64,000 nt of DNA from a candidate division WWE3 bacterium RIFOXYC1_FULL_40_10. GTDB taxonomy: Bacteria; Patescibacteriota; WWE3; UBA101185; UBA10185. Numbering within the stretch: position 1 is the stretch's first letter; each line of letters starts with the position of its first letter. This document shows, piece by piece, positions 1 through 10,069 of this stretch. The DNA lies in NCBI GenBank assembly GCA_001773215.1, contig MEWB01000001.1:806099-870098 (forward strand). The letters are read 5' to 3'. Made by a program: the position numbers and the translations under genes. The notes under the pieces are model-generated. The model was not told where the DNA came from and ran no database searches. It saw nothing but the letters and a program-made list of their open reading frames with translations.

Positions 1-1710
1 ACTCAATCCATGGAAAAAGCATTACTGGAATTGCGGGAAAAACTGGTCAAGAGTGTTTCAGCCAAACAACAACTAAACAAAGGAAGCGTTAAGTTTGATA
101 TTGCAACTGCGGTTTTATGGGGCAATGTTTTGTATGTTGTAGTAATGGGGGATGCAGATACATTTTTGATGAGAGAAGGAAAAATCAGGCCAATAAACAC
201 CATGTCCGAAGGAAACTTCTCCGCGGCTTCGGGAGTAATAAAAAATGATGAGGTGATAGTACTAGCCACAAAACAATTTTCGGATTTTATTGATCCAATA
301 AAATTACTCACCCAAACTATAGCAACAGGAGAACTAAATTCCGGACAGGCCTGCTTAGTAGCCAAAGTGATAGAAGACACCAGCTTCACGGAAAGTGAAG
401 TGGTAGATTTTGGGATTGAAGAGAACACCCCCTTAAAACATTCTCTTAATACTTCCCGAAGAATAAAGGACTTTTTAAGCAAACTGGCTGGAATTTTTCC
501 GCAAAAAAAGGCCGTAGAAAATACGCCGGGGGGACCAGAAACCAAAAAGAGTACTAGCGAAGAGGTACCTTCTATCGTCAAAAGAACTCTGAGTATAAAG
601 CCGCTATTTTCTTCAATATCTAATTATGTTGAAAATTTAAAACCTGAAAAAACTACGCAACAGGATCTACCATATAGACCAACTATTAAAATACTAAGTA
701 AGCCCGTTACAAAAAAAAGAAAACGCATCCCAAGCATATATCTGTATTATGCAATCCCTGTGATTGGAACACTCATCATAATAGTTATTATCTCTTCCGT
801 AATAAGACACAAGAAAAATCCTGTTCCAGAAACAATACAAGATGCTGTTGAAACATCACCCACGATTCAGGAAGAAAGCAACTCCTTGGGAGAAGAAGAT
901 ATGCTGGAAGACACCTCGAAAGACGCGGAGGATAAAACTCAACGAGTGGGCACAGAAGCATTTTATGACATGTTAATCATAGATCCTGACGCTAAAACAA
1001 ATAGCCTTGTAGCTACTTTAAACGGGGTGGCAGTTGCAGACTCCGAAAAGGGCACCTTATATTATTCGGGAGATGCCCAGGCCGACTTTAAGAAAGCCGA
1101 AAAATCTTACCAAGGAATTAGGTCTATGGCATATTACGATAGTAAATTATCGTTTGCTGATAACTCCGGCTACATTACCCTTAATCCAACAACTTTCGCC
1201 GGTTTGGAAACGCTTTCTAAAGAAGGTCTTGGACTAGTTTCCCCCTATCTAAGCTTTGTATACGGTGTACAGGGAGATAAAATTATTAAATATTCGAAAA
1301 CCGGAACAACTCTTACCGAAACCCTTTGGGCACAAAACGCTGATTTTTATAACGCCAAAGACATGGAAGTAGCCTACAGTATATATCTAATAACTCAGAA
1401 TAATGCCGTGGTTAGTTATACCAGCGGAGAAAAGGATGAGTTTGTTATCAACGGGCTAAGCACACCATTAACAAATCCTACTCAACTAACAACAAGTTTG
1501 GATTTTAGTAACATTTATATAACTGATTACGATAATAGGCGTATAGTGGTAATAGACAAGAAAGGTAATTACATTAAGCAGTACAAAGCGGTAAAACCTT
1601 CAATATGGAAGGACATAAGAAGTATAGGGGTTAATCAGGATGAAGCAACTTTATGGGTGTTGGATGGGACGCGTATTTACAATGTTGACCTAAAGGCTTC
1701 TACACAGTAG
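1..1710 (+). CDS. Membrane protein with an N-terminal PP2C-like Ser/Thr phosphatase-like domain, one TM helix and a C-terminal NHL/beta-propeller-like repeat region; possibly 5'-truncated by the window edge
   Basis: ORF 10..1710; frame is open back to base 1; motif VANVGD-like 'VVMGDADTFLMREGK...T.DH' typical of PP2C; hydrophobic stretch YYAIPVIGTLIIIVIISSVI; C-terminal 'YITDYDNRRIVVIDKKGNY' NHL-like repeats. Confidence 0.45.
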   Translation, partial: TQSMEKALLELREKLVKSVSAKQQLNKGSVKFDIATAVLWGNVLYVVVMGDADTFLMREGKIRPINTMSEGNFSAASGVIKNDEVIVLATKQFSDFIDPIKLLTQTIATGELNSGQACLVAKVIEDTSFTESEVVDFGIEENTPLKHSLNTSRRIKDFLSKLAGIFPQKKAVENTPGGPETKKSTSEEVPSIVKRTLSIKPLFSSISNYVENLKPEKTTQQDLPYRPTIKILSKPVTKKRKRIPSIYLYYAIPVIGTLIIIVIISSVIRHKKNPVPETIQDAVETSPTIQEESNSLGEEDMLEDTSKDAEDKTQRVGTEAFYDMLIIDPDAKTNSLVATLNGVAVADSEKGTLYYSGDAQADFKKAEKSYQGIRSMAYYDSKLSFADNSGYITLNPTTFAGLETLSKEGLGLVSPYLSFVYGVQGDKIIKYSKTGTTLTETLWAQNADFYNAKDMEVAYSIYLITQNNAVVSYTSGEKDEFVINGLSTPLTNPTQLTTSLDFSNIYITDYDNRRIVVIDKKGNYIKQYKAVKPSIWKDIRSIGVNQDEATLWVLDGTRIYNVDLKASTQ

Positions 1711-1738
1711 AATAGCCGCTGTTCCTTAAGATATTATA

Positions 1739-2092
1739 ATGCTAGAAAAGAAATTTATAGCAGATAATCTGCAGAAAACATATTGTTACAAATGCGGAGC
1801 CAGCTTAGCCGGGGCTAAACTTGTAAAGATTACGGAAGCCACGGTTACACTAGTTGCACACGCTGTGTGCCCCGCCTGCAGTGCCGAGAGCATGGTAACT
1901 ATCACTCCTGCGGGAAGCGGGGTTACTCCGGTTATCTCGGATCTTACAGGAGAGGAATATGCTAAATTCATTGATGCAAACATCATTGGATACGATGACG
2001 TGTTAAATTTATATAAAGCTTTAAAGAAGGAGTCCCTATGGAACTTATTGCACACAAAAGAGAAAAAACAGGTAAAAAAACAAAAAATCTAA
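1739..2092 (+). CDS. Small zinc-ribbon protein (two CxxC pairs), hypothetical
   Basis: ORF with CYKCG...CPAC motifs; no clear SD; overlaps rplY start by 55 nt. Confidence 0.35.
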   Translation: MLEKKFIADNLQKTYCYKCGASLAGAKLVKITEATVTLVAHAVCPACSAESMVTITPAGSGVTPVISDLTGEEYAKFIDANIIGYDDVLNLYKALKKESLWNLLHTKEKKQVKKQKI

Positions 2093-2727
2093 GAACTCAA
2101 GGCATTATACCTGCAATTGTATACGGTAATGGTATTGATCCTACAAACATTGAAGTTGCTATTTTGGATTACACAAAGGCCTTTGACGTGTCAGGTGAAA
2201 CGGGACTAATAGACTTAAAAATAAACGGGGATAAGGACATTAAAGTGTTAATAAAAAATACCCAGTTTGATCCTTTAACAGACAGACCTATACACGCAGA
2301 ATTTTTCAAACCAAACTTAAAAGAGAAAACCGAAGCTGAGGTACCGGTATCAGTAGTTGGCGAAGACAGAAATGAGCTTATTAAGAGCGGCAAAGCCCTG
2401 GTTATTACTCTACTGGATGAAATTAGAGTTAGTGCTTTACCAATGGATCTTCCCAGCGAGTTTGAAGTGGATGTTTCCGGGCTAACCGAGATTGGCGATG
2501 GCATAAGCGTTTCCATGCTTAACTACGATAGAACTAAAGTTGAGATTGTAGATCTTGAAGAAGCTGACATAATTGCCAAGCTTGATCACGCTGAAATGCA
2601 AGAAGAGGAAGAAGCACTTGTAACCGAGGAAGAAGCCATTCAACAGATGGAAGCTGTGGCTGAAAAAACCCCTGAAGAAGGTGAAGAAGAATCACCTGAA
2701 AATGCAGGCAAAACCGGCAATAAGTAG
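2038..2727 (+). CDS. rplY: 50S ribosomal protein L25 / general stress protein Ctc form with acidic C-terminal tail
   Basis: N-terminus MELIAHKREKTGKKTKNLRTQGIIPAIVYG matches the L25 family signature; AAGGAG SD 8 nt upstream. Confidence 0.8.
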   Translation: MELIAHKREKTGKKTKNLRTQGIIPAIVYGNGIDPTNIEVAILDYTKAFDVSGETGLIDLKINGDKDIKVLIKNTQFDPLTDRPIHAEFFKPNLKEKTEAEVPVSVVGEDRNELIKSGKALVITLLDEIRVSALPMDLPSEFEVDVSGLTEIGDGISVSMLNYDRTKVEIVDLEEADIIAKLDHAEMQEEEEALVTEEEAIQQMEAVAEKTPEEGEEESPENAGKTGNK

Positions 2728-2890
2728 CTAATGCCGCAAATATCTCTATAGGTTGCTATTACTATCAATTTTTGATATACTCACGATGTAAAAATAACAG
2801 ATGGGAGAGGTGTATCTGTTACATTTTTTCATGATTTTTGCACTTTAAATATATAGTTCAAACAATAAAGTCAGCAGATCTGGAGGATCT

Positions 2891-3730
2891 ATGGATACTT
2901 TAGGTGTAATCTTAAGATTGCCATTCACTCTGATCAGAATCGCACTGTGGATGCTGGTCGGTTTCTTGTTCTTCTGTTTCCTGGCAGTTATACTGCCCTT
3001 CTTCGGAAATATGATGATGCTCTCCAATACAGCATGGGTTTCCATGATTGGAAATGGCGCAGTAAGTTTTGCAGAGTGGTTAAAAATCCAACCGGGCTTT
3101 GACGTCATTTTTCTCCACAAGTTCGATGTGAACGGTGTAATAAAGGCAGGAGAAGATTTGGTGGACGTCTTAAGACGCGGCTGGCCAACTTTCCTGATGC
3201 TTTTCCTGTTCGGATACGTTTCCTACATCCTTTGGAGCATCGCTTATAAGGGTGAAGCACCTGAGAGCGCATCAAATATGTGGGGGATCCTGTACGACCC
3301 GGAAAATATTCTGGGGTCGATCTTCAAAACAGGCTCTGTTTTCGCGTTGATTGGGCTGATTCTCGCTGTTTGGGAAACGGGGAAAGAAAACACAGGCACA
3401 AACTTGATGTATCTCGTGGGGCTCGTGGCATTCTTCCTGATAATCTATTCCAAAAGAAGAGAATTCGCCGGGTTAATTTCTATACCAGGATTAATAATTT
3501 TGGTGATAGGAGTGGGGGTGATGGTCTACGGTGTCGCCACAGGAAATGCGGTGAATGATATGCAAGTCACGCTACCTACTGCAAAGTTTTCTGCATGGGC
3601 GGTCGCTTTCTATCAAGGGTTGCCTACCACATTTAGGATGATCTTTAACTGGATCCTAACCCTGTGCATCGCGATGTGGGGCATGGGCATAACAGCTGGC
3701 AAGAGACATTCGAAAGCCAAGGAGGCTTAG
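2891..3730 (+). CDS. Polytopic membrane protein, hypothetical
   Basis: Multiple hydrophobic helices; GGAGG SD upstream; stop overlaps next start (TAGATG). Confidence 0.55.
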   Translation: MDTLGVILRLPFTLIRIALWMLVGFLFFCFLAVILPFFGNMMMLSNTAWVSMIGNGAVSFAEWLKIQPGFDVIFLHKFDVNGVIKAGEDLVDVLRRGWPTFLMLFLFGYVSYILWSIAYKGEAPESASNMWGILYDPENILGSIFKTGSVFALIGLILAVWETGKENTGTNLMYLVGLVAFFLIIYSKRREFAGLISIPGLIILVIGVGVMVYGVATGNAVNDMQVTLPTAKFSAWAVAFYQGLPTTFRMIFNWILTLCIAMWGMGITAGKRHSKAKEA

Positions 3731-4837
3731 ATGGCAAGACACAACAAGAAAGCCAGACCGGAAGAGGAAGAACCGGGGAATGATATCCCCTCGGAACCTC
3801 CGGAAATACTGGGAGAAAGTACCAAAAGGCGTATAGGCTTTGTTTCAATTGTAGTCTTAGTTTTGGTGACTACCACATTGCTTGGGGTTGGAGGTTTCTA
3901 CGCCCTCGCAGAAGCGGGCGATGCTGACTTCTTCAAGGTAACAACGTTGCTACCGGGAACGCCCTTGTACGAAATCGGGGCAGAAAACCCTTCCACAACG
4001 CTAACTACCGAAGATCAAGCAGGCATGACTATCGGCGCAGGTTCGAGCAGAGAAGCTTTCGGAACTGTGACTATCGGCGGAAAGAAATATGAGTACAAGC
4101 TGAGCGACTTGACCAAGGTCAAGAGCGAAGGCTGGCTCTCAAAAACTGCTGACAAAGCTCAGGAAACCAGAGACGCTCTGAAAACCGGTACTTATAAGCC
4201 TCTAAAGGGCTGGCCGCCAGTGCCTTACTTTGTACTCCTGGGGGTAGCACTATTGCTTGTACTTCCCCGAATCTATAGATATACAATTGAGTATAGCAAT
4301 TACTTCACTGAGGATGTTGTGCTGAAACTCAACGACTCCTCGGGTCTGGAACATACTTACAAGGGAAGCATCAAATACCGCCTAATCGCCCGCGCAGAAT
4401 CTCAATGGCGTCTGAAAAGAGCAGGAATTAGAGCAGTAATGGAGTGGGCAAAGGATATCCAGAGAGCTTACCTTGCAGAAATTGCCCAGGCCACAGCAAC
4501 GAATGATATGTTCGCGGCATGCAGCACCGCAGCGAAGAACATGCTCAAGGAAAGAGCCTTTAAAGCCCTTGAACGTGTTGGTATACAAGTTAGGGAACTG
4601 TACACCGAAGAAGTGGATCCTTCAAAAAGGGCTGAGATGCTCAAGGCCGCACCCCAGGTTAGCATGATAAGAGCTAAGAGTCTGGCTTCTTTCATCCGAG
4701 AACTCACGGGTCAGGCGGAGATGTCTCCAAGCGAGATCCAAAACTTCCTGGAACACAATCAACTGTTGGCAATCGCGCTGATGCAGGAAGGAGAAGGACC
4801 ATTACCTTCGGTAATTTTAGGAGGAGGTAAAGGATGA
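3731..4837 (+). CDS. Hypothetical membrane-anchored protein (charged N-terminus, 2 TM helices, soluble C-terminal domain)
   Basis: AAGGAGG SD; translationally coupled to flanking genes. Confidence 0.55.
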   Translation: MARHNKKARPEEEEPGNDIPSEPPEILGESTKRRIGFVSIVVLVLVTTTLLGVGGFYALAEAGDADFFKVTTLLPGTPLYEIGAENPSTTLTTEDQAGMTIGAGSSREAFGTVTIGGKKYEYKLSDLTKVKSEGWLSKTADKAQETRDALKTGTYKPLKGWPPVPYFVLLGVALLLVLPRIYRYTIEYSNYFTEDVVLKLNDSSGLEHTYKGSIKYRLIARAESQWRLKRAGIRAVMEWAKDIQRAYLAEIAQATATNDMFAACSTAAKNMLKERAFKALERVGIQVRELYTEEVDPSKRAEMLKAAPQVSMIRAKSLASFIRELTGQAEMSPSEIQNFLEHNQLLAIALMQEGEGPLPSVILGGGKG

Positions 4838-5328
4838 AAAGGGTTTTCAAGCAAAACTCAAGGGAAAAAGGCGCAAGAGCGAAACAGACCCCTAAAAAGG
4901 ATCTCCAGCATAACCTAATCCCCACGAAAGGAGGGTTCCAATTACGGGATGTTTTGGGAGGTATTCTCAACAACTCCTTGCTGGTCTGGAGACCCTCATT
5001 AATCCTTATACTGATCTTCCTCTCTGTCATTCCGGTTACCCAAAGAGTAGTCTTGTATGTCTTCACCGGGAATCCAAAGCCGTTGATCTGGTTTATTGGT
5101 TGGTTCAACTGCCCATATATCAGTAGTTTTCCCGGTTCCTGGAACATCTGGCTGGTTCTTTTGGTACTGGCTTTTGGGATAGGATTTTTGGCATATGGAT
5201 TGTTGTGGTCAGTAAGCAGAAAAGCACAAGATGGGGATCTTAGCGCGGATGCAATAACAGCATTCTACGCAGGATATATCATCTTGTTTCTCTTTTCGTT
5301 CACCGACTTTCTGAACATCATTCATTGA
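4834..5328 (+). CDS. Hypothetical small membrane protein
   Basis: GGAGGAGG SD; ATGA overlap with upstream gene; hydrophobic helices. Confidence 0.5.
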   Translation: MKRVFKQNSREKGARAKQTPKKDLQHNLIPTKGGFQLRDVLGGILNNSLLVWRPSLILILIFLSVIPVTQRVVLYVFTGNPKPLIWFIGWFNCPYISSFPGSWNIWLVLLVLAFGIGFLAYGLLWSVSRKAQDGDLSADAITAFYAGYIILFLFSFTDFLNIIH

Positions 5329-5346
5329 ACTATAGTTTCTAAAAAG

Positions 5347-5390
5347 CCCAGGCGTGTTATATACCACCTGGGTTTTCTTTTTTTTATTTG
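5347..5390. terminator. Bidirectional rho-independent terminator between convergent genes
   Basis: Hairpin CCCAGG-N14-CCTGGG followed by T-run TTTTCTTTTTTTTATTT on plus; A-run on the other side. Confidence 0.55.
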
Positions 5391-7642
5391 GGCCACTCGC
5401 TTAAAGCAAGGCAAACCTTATTGTCTTTGTCCAAATTCTCCCAAATGGCTTCCGTCACAAAAGGCATAAAAGGATGCAGCAGTTTTATGCAAGTTAACAT
5501 TACGTGCTTCAAAATCACCAAACCCTTGGTTTTCTCTTCCCCTTCTCTATTTTTCACCAGTTCAATGTACTTATCCGCCACGTCGTGCCAAACAAACTGG
5601 TATACCTCATCACCAGCGAGTTGAAACCTAAGCTTATCGATATGTTTTGTTACAGATTTCACAGTTTTCTCCAAATTTCCCATCATCAACTTATCTTCCT
5701 CAGTTAGATCTAATATATTGTTAATATCCGGTAAAGTACCTTCCAGGGAGTCAATCATCATTATTGTAAAACGGGCCATATTCCACAACTTATTAGCAAA
5801 ATTTCGATACCCTTTAACCTTTGCTTCACTTAATGAAGTGTTTTTAGCCGAAGTGTTTCCTCCTACCAATATCCCCATCCTTAAAGCATCTGCACCGTAT
5901 TTTGCAATATACTCCAAAGGATCTATCACATTTCCCAAACTTTTGCTCATCTTTCGCCCAAACTCATCATCTATTCGGCCATGAACATAAACCTGCTTAA
6001 ACGGGACCTGTTTGCCTAGATACATTCCAAACATTAGCATTCGCGCCAACCAAAAAAACAAGATATCCCACATTGAGTCCATAAATGAAGTCGGATAATA
6101 TTCTTTGAAATCTTCACCGTTTGGGTAATGTAAAGTAGTTAATGGCCACTGCCCAGAACTAAACCAGGTATCAAAGGTATCTGTATCTTGTATAAAATCT
6201 TCCCCCGGCGAAATCCTGCTTACAATGAATTTCGCATCCTTCGGGGCTATAAGTTTTTGTAAGCCTTCTATAACTTGACTCAAACTGAAACCCTGTTTAA
6301 TAAGTTCGGATAATTTCCCGTCATGGGAAATGCCCTTTTCATCAATGAATACTACATGCATGGAAGGGTTTTCTGTGTAGCTATACCAAACAGGAATACG
6401 AATGCCAAAAACTATTTGGCGTGAAACCGGCCAATCCCTTGTATTTTCCAGCCACGTGATCATCTGTTTCTTCCAAGTTGGCTTATTAAACTTCACTTTT
6501 CCTTCCCTAACTGCTTTCAAAGCCTCTTTAGATAGCCCATCCATTTTTATAAACCAGTTTGGCAGGAGCATTGGCTCGATAGGTTTATGATCTTTATAGT
6601 CGACCACGATATTGTGCGTATAGGTTTCATCAACTTTAACCAAAAGTCCTGCGTTTCTTAGATCTTCCGCAATAGCCTTTCTAGCTTCTAATACTTTCAT
6701 CCCTGCATATTTGCCACATAGTTGATTCAACCTTCCATCTAGGCCAATTACACTTATAGCTTCCAGTCCATGACGCAACCCGGCTTCGAAATCCGCGGGG
6801 TCATGTGCAGGTGTTACTTTAACAACACCTGTTCCAAATTCAGGATCAACATAGGAATCAGCAATTACCTTAAGTTTGAAGATCCCCACTAAGCCCTCCA
6901 CCTCAATTTCTTTTCCAATCCATTCCTTATATCTCTCGTCTTTGGGGTTTACTGCAACGGCAGTATCTCCGAATTTTGTCTCCGGTCGTACAGTTGCCAA
7001 TACAAAAGGCCCATACTTAATGTAATACAACGGGTCTTTCTGTTCGATATGTGTAGTTTCCAGATTGCTAAAGGTAGTGCCGTGAAAAGGTGAGTAATTC
7101 ACTAGGTAGTCACTCCTATAAACCAAACCCTCTTTGTACATCCTTTCGAAAGTGTCGTAAACAGTGTTAACCACACGATCATCAAGCATAAAAACCGTTC
7201 TGTCCCAATCGGCAGACATGCCTATTTTTCGTAACTGGTTAACTGCAACATCCGAATTTTGCTTTACGAATTCTAGGATATTGTTAAATAATGTCTGTCT
7301 ATCAAAATCAAATCTGCTTTTTCCTTCTTTTTTTAATTTTCTCTCATATACGACTTGCGTTTCGAATCCCGCATGATCTACACCCGGAAGGTACAAGGTT
7401 TTGAAACCACACATTCTCTTATACCTGGCCATAAGATCTTGGATCGCGTATGTTGCATGGCCACAATGTAAGGCGGCATTAGCATTTGGTGGGGGCATTA
7501 AGACACTAAAGTTTTCGTTTTTAACCTCTAAACCTGCCTTTTTCCTTATTTCAAAAGACTTTTCAGGCGAAAAAACACCGTCATTTTGCCATTTTTGATA
7601 AATTTCATCTTCTATTTTTGTATGATCAAATTTTGTATCCAT
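5384..7642 (-). CDS. valS: Valine--tRNA ligase, short form lacking the C-terminal coiled-coil
   Basis: PPPNANAALHCGHATYAIQDLMARYKRMCGFKTLYLPGVDHAGFETQ matches the ValRS HIGH region; KMSKS present (RKMSKSLGNVIDP); start refined to MDTKFDH with GGGAG SD. Confidence 0.85.
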   Translation of the reverse strand: MDTKFDHTKIEDEIYQKWQNDGVFSPEKSFEIRKKAGLEVKNENFSVLMPPPNANAALHCGHATYAIQDLMARYKRMCGFKTLYLPGVDHAGFETQVVYERKLKKEGKSRFDFDRQTLFNNILEFVKQNSDVAVNQLRKIGMSADWDRTVFMLDDRVVNTVYDTFERMYKEGLVYRSDYLVNYSPFHGTTFSNLETTHIEQKDPLYYIKYGPFVLATVRPETKFGDTAVAVNPKDERYKEWIGKEIEVEGLVGIFKLKVIADSYVDPEFGTGVVKVTPAHDPADFEAGLRHGLEAISVIGLDGRLNQLCGKYAGMKVLEARKAIAEDLRNAGLLVKVDETYTHNIVVDYKDHKPIEPMLLPNWFIKMDGLSKEALKAVREGKVKFNKPTWKKQMITWLENTRDWPVSRQIVFGIRIPVWYSYTENPSMHVVFIDEKGISHDGKLSELIKQGFSLSQVIEGLQKLIAPKDAKFIVSRISPGEDFIQDTDTFDTWFSSGQWPLTTLHYPNGEDFKEYYPTSFMDSMWDILFFWLARMLMFGMYLGKQVPFKQVYVHGRIDDEFGRKMSKSLGNVIDPLEYIAKYGADALRMGILVGGNTSAKNTSLSEAKVKGYRNFANKLWNMARFTIMMIDSLEGTLPDINNILDLTEEDKLMMGNLEKTVKSVTKHIDKLRFQLAGDEVYQFVWHDVADKYIELVKNREGEEKTKGLVILKHVMLTCIKLLHPFMPFVTEAIWENLDKDNKVCLALSEWPK

Positions 7643-7716
7643 AAAAAAACTCCCGCACCAGGCGAGAGACTGTTCATTCAAACACGAGTGCTTTTATAGT
7701 AGGATTATATCACAAC

Positions 7717-8739
7717 ATGATTAATGAACTTAAACACTACGATAAGGTACACATCGAAGATGTTTCTCTTCCGAAAACGGCAAACACGTTTCTAAAAGAA
7801 TCCGATGAAAGACCGGTAGTAAACGAAAATCCCAACACACTATTCGAGCATATTGGACTAGAGCTTAAAAAGCTTTATCTAAGAATCAACCCACCAGAAA
7901 GTGACCCTGTAAATAATGAGACTATGGGAAAAACAATAAATACCGGAATAAATCTTATCAAAGAGGTATTTATCCTAAAGGCATTAGAACTGGCAGGAGT
8001 TAAAGGGGTCCCAAGAGTAATTGATTCGCAAAGTGGTTATGTGGATCGGGGATTATTGCCGGGATATACTTTCGCGAGTGCGCAATTGGAAAAAATTGAG
8101 GGAAAATCACTGGCAGAGAGTCAACTTTTAGATGAGGAAACTGTTTTAAAAATAGGGATAGATACAGCAAAAATTCTGGGAAACATTTACAACAGACACA
8201 TCCTACACAATGACGTGAAACCGGGAAATATTATGCTAACCGAAAATAAAGAAGTCATCGTTGTCGACTTTAACAACGCGAAAATATTGGATTTTGAAAA
8301 CAAAACCCTTACTAATGTCGGAACTGTTACATACAGCCCACCCGAAAAAACGGCTCTGGACGGAGAAGATTCTCAAGGAGTTCGCTATTCGAAGGTTGAT
8401 GTTAGGTCTGATATTTACTCCTTAGCAGTTACTTTAGCCGAAAAAGCGGGAGTATATATATACGTATTAAGTGATAAGTCAATTTTAGATGAAAAAAAAT
8501 ACGAAACTTTTTTGTACATGCTGGAACAAGCAATAGAAGAGGGTAATATCACACAAAAATTTGCAGTTTTTCTACAATGGAATTCTCATCCCCAAAAACA
8601 ATGCAGGTATCCAGATTATGAGAGATTTATTGAAGGCTTACAAATTGTAGGTGATCCTGATAAATCTTCACAGGACCTGTTGAAACACTTAGAAACCTAC
8701 ACCGAACCCCCTGTTGCCAAAAAGGACAAATCAAGCTAA
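7717..8739 (+). CDS. Eukaryotic-like Ser/Thr protein kinase domain protein (atypical: DFN instead of DFG, weak glycine loop)
   Basis: Catalytic loop HNDVKPGNIML, activation segment GTVTYSPPE (APE-like). Confidence 0.55.
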   Translation: MINELKHYDKVHIEDVSLPKTANTFLKESDERPVVNENPNTLFEHIGLELKKLYLRINPPESDPVNNETMGKTINTGINLIKEVFILKALELAGVKGVPRVIDSQSGYVDRGLLPGYTFASAQLEKIEGKSLAESQLLDEETVLKIGIDTAKILGNIYNRHILHNDVKPGNIMLTENKEVIVVDFNNAKILDFENKTLTNVGTVTYSPPEKTALDGEDSQGVRYSKVDVRSDIYSLAVTLAEKAGVYIYVLSDKSILDEKKYETFLYMLEQAIEEGNITQKFAVFLQWNSHPQKQCRYPDYERFIEGLQIVGDPDKSSQDLLKHLETYTEPPVAKKDKSS

Positions 8740-8748
8740 ATTATCCAC

Positions 8749-10008
8749 ATGAGATACTCACAATTAATTGGCCGAACACAAAAAGAAGCTCCAAAAGATG
8801 AAGTTAGCAATAATGCAAGGCTGTTAACACGAGCCGGTTACATCCACAAAGAAATGGCAGGGGTTTACGCCTTTTTACCTTTGGGGTTTAGAGTTTTAAC
8901 CAAATTAATTCATATAATTAGAGAAGAAATGGTAGCTATAGGCGGGCAGGAGGTAAACTTAGGATCTCTTCAAATCCCTGAGTTATGGCAAAAAACCGGA
9001 AGGTGGGACGACAGCGTGATCGATGTTTGGTTCAAAACACACCTGCATAGCGGCACAGAAATAGGCTTGGCAACAACACACGAGGAGCCCCTATCTCAAA
9101 TAATGACTCAGTTCATAAGCTCCTACAAAGACTTACCTTTATACGCATTTCAATTTCAGCTGAAGTTTAGAAATGAGCTTAGATCAAAAAGCGGATTGCT
9201 AAGAACCCGCGAGTTTATCATGAAGGATTTATATTCCTTTTGTAAGAATGAAAAGGAATTAGATGAATTCTACGAAAAAGCACTGCATGCCTACCACAGA
9301 ATATTCGAGAGAGCCGGAATAGGAAAATCGACATATTTAACCTTCGCCAGCGGGGGAGCTTTTAGTAAATATAGCCATGAGTTTCAAACAGTATGCGATG
9401 CTGGGGAAGATACGGTCTATCTAAACGAAACTAAAAAAATAGCCATTAATAAAGAAGTATACAACGCTGAGGTGTTAAACGAGCTTGGAATGGCAAAGGA
9501 TGACTTTAAAGAATGCAAAGCTATTGAAGTAGGAAATATATTTAAACTAGGAACCAAGTATTCCATACCTCTTAATCTCTATTACTCCGATTCGGAAGGA
9601 AATAAACAGCCGGTAGTAATGGGAAGCTACGGCATAGGCCCCGGCAGATTGTTAGCAACTATCGTGGAAACCCACCACGATGAGAACGGAATAATTTGGC
9701 CGAAAAACCTGGCGCCGCATAAGATTCACCTGATAGGGCTAAATTTAGAAGACGAAAATACCAAAAAACGGGTGGCGTTTATCTACGAAAAGTTTGAAAC
9801 CTCGGGCTTCGACGTTTTGTTTGATGATAGAGAAGATATTACGGCAGGCCAAAAGTTTGCCGATGCAGATTTGATAGGGATTCCTTTTAGAGTCACCGTA
9901 TCAAAAAGAACAGGAGATAAACTGGAATTAAAGCTGAGAAACAGCGAGACTACGGAGCTTATGGATTTAGACACTTTGACTTCGAAAATGGTTTTGGAAC
10001 ACGTATAA
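8749..10008 (+). CDS. proS: Proline--tRNA ligase, short form without insertion/editing domain
   Basis: MRYSQLIGRTQKEAP...LLTRAGYIHKEMAGVYAFLPLG is the class II ProRS N-terminus; length 419 aa. Confidence 0.85.
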   Translation: MRYSQLIGRTQKEAPKDEVSNNARLLTRAGYIHKEMAGVYAFLPLGFRVLTKLIHIIREEMVAIGGQEVNLGSLQIPELWQKTGRWDDSVIDVWFKTHLHSGTEIGLATTHEEPLSQIMTQFISSYKDLPLYAFQFQLKFRNELRSKSGLLRTREFIMKDLYSFCKNEKELDEFYEKALHAYHRIFERAGIGKSTYLTFASGGAFSKYSHEFQTVCDAGEDTVYLNETKKIAINKEVYNAEVLNELGMAKDDFKECKAIEVGNIFKLGTKYSIPLNLYYSDSEGNKQPVVMGSYGIGPGRLLATIVETHHDENGIIWPKNLAPHKIHLIGLNLEDENTKKRVAFIYEKFETSGFDVLFDDREDITAGQKFADADLIGIPFRVTVSKRTGDKLELKLRNSETTELMDLDTLTSKMVLEHV

Positions 10009-10013
10009 AACGA

Positions 10014-10043
10014 GGCTCCGCCTTCGGCGGAGCCCTTTTCTTG
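10014..10043 (+). terminator. Rho-independent terminator after proS
   Basis: GGCTCCGCC-TTCG-GGCGGAGCC stem-loop followed by CTTTTCTT. Confidence 0.75.
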
Positions 10044-10069
10044 TGTCAACACAAAAACTCTAGAGAAAC

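Noticed and set aside
3-581. 192-aa minus-strand ORF overlapping the first gene
   Set aside because: It is antisense to the PP2C-like/NHL ORF, which has recognisable domain motifs. It is likely spurious.
8741-8749. Perfect DnaA box TTATCCACA overlapping the proS start codon
   Set aside because: It is isolated, with no clustering or AT-rich DUE, and most likely a chance occurrence. The oriC candidate is placed next to dnaA instead.
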